A stretch of DNA of 63,069 bases, counting the filler, from Reclinomonas americana ATCC 50394 (Eukaryota), in NCBI GenBank assembly GCA_048213135.1. It is 3 parts of 3 records of this genome, joined end to end, with 100 filler letters (N's around TTAATTAATTAA, not from the genome) between each part and the next. Parts side by side here need not be neighbours in the genome. Positions count along the whole stretch, not along the records: positions 60,716 to 63,069 come from PS015236.1; 2 more parts are not named here. One strand, given 5' to 3'. Numbering within the stretch: position 1 is the first letter of the stretch; each line of letters opens with the position of its first letter. Under the pieces are notes generated by a model. That model searched no databases. It was not told where the DNA came from and saw only the letters and a list, made by a program, of their open reading frames with translations. This document shows, one piece after another, positions 62,961 through 63,069 of the stretch. Both the position numbers and the translations under genes were made by a program.

Positions 62961-63069
62961 TGCGCACAGAGGATCAGTTTGTGCGTGTGTTCAGTCTCAT
63001 CTCTCTTTATGTGTGTGTGCTCTTACACTCGAGCAGTGGTTTGTCAGTGCTGCGGAGGAGCATGCGACG

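Noticed and set aside
1-63069. Alternative genetic code, tRNA/rRNA genes or transposase
   Set aside because: In-frame stops are explained by GT-AG introns, and conserved genes end in TAA, TAG or TGA; no RNA gene or transposase motif was recognised by eye.

Overview
Eukaryotic (protist-like) draft-assembly DNA with many N-gaps. Two artificial all-frame-stop linkers (TTAATTAATTAA at 31090-31101 and 60660-60671) show that the window is three concatenated scaffolds. Genes are intron-rich, so most six-frame ORFs are shadows. CDS spans below run from the first to the last coding base, include introns, and were assembled by eye from GT-AG sites. Scaffold 1 (1-31045) is very compact, with mostly ~55-100 nt introns. 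It carries a multi-ubiquitin-like protein, an orphan, an intronless DapF, tafazzin, a DH-PH RhoGEF, EIF1AD, a TPR protein, an HtrA2-like protease, RTF2, an ammonium transporter fused to ~9 ankyrin repeats, an atypical PP2C, an RPASA-motif orphan, a divergent kinase and the first exon of an FAD-dependent oxidoreductase. Scaffold 2 (31146-60615) has many long repeat-rich introns. It carries mucolipin/TRPML, Beclin-1/ATG6, EMC10, a CPA1 Na+/H+ exchanger, a type-I membrane protein and an FN3-repeat fragment. The best candidates for new biology are: (1) the Amt-ankyrin fusion, whose second pore histidine is replaced by Gln (possible ammonium sensor); (2) a recurrent intron design with a purine tract after the donor and a complementary pyrimidine tract before the acceptor; (3) frequent GTTGCG donors; (4) a myristoylated PP2C lacking several metal-binding Asp residues. 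No database searches were possible, so novelty is unverified.
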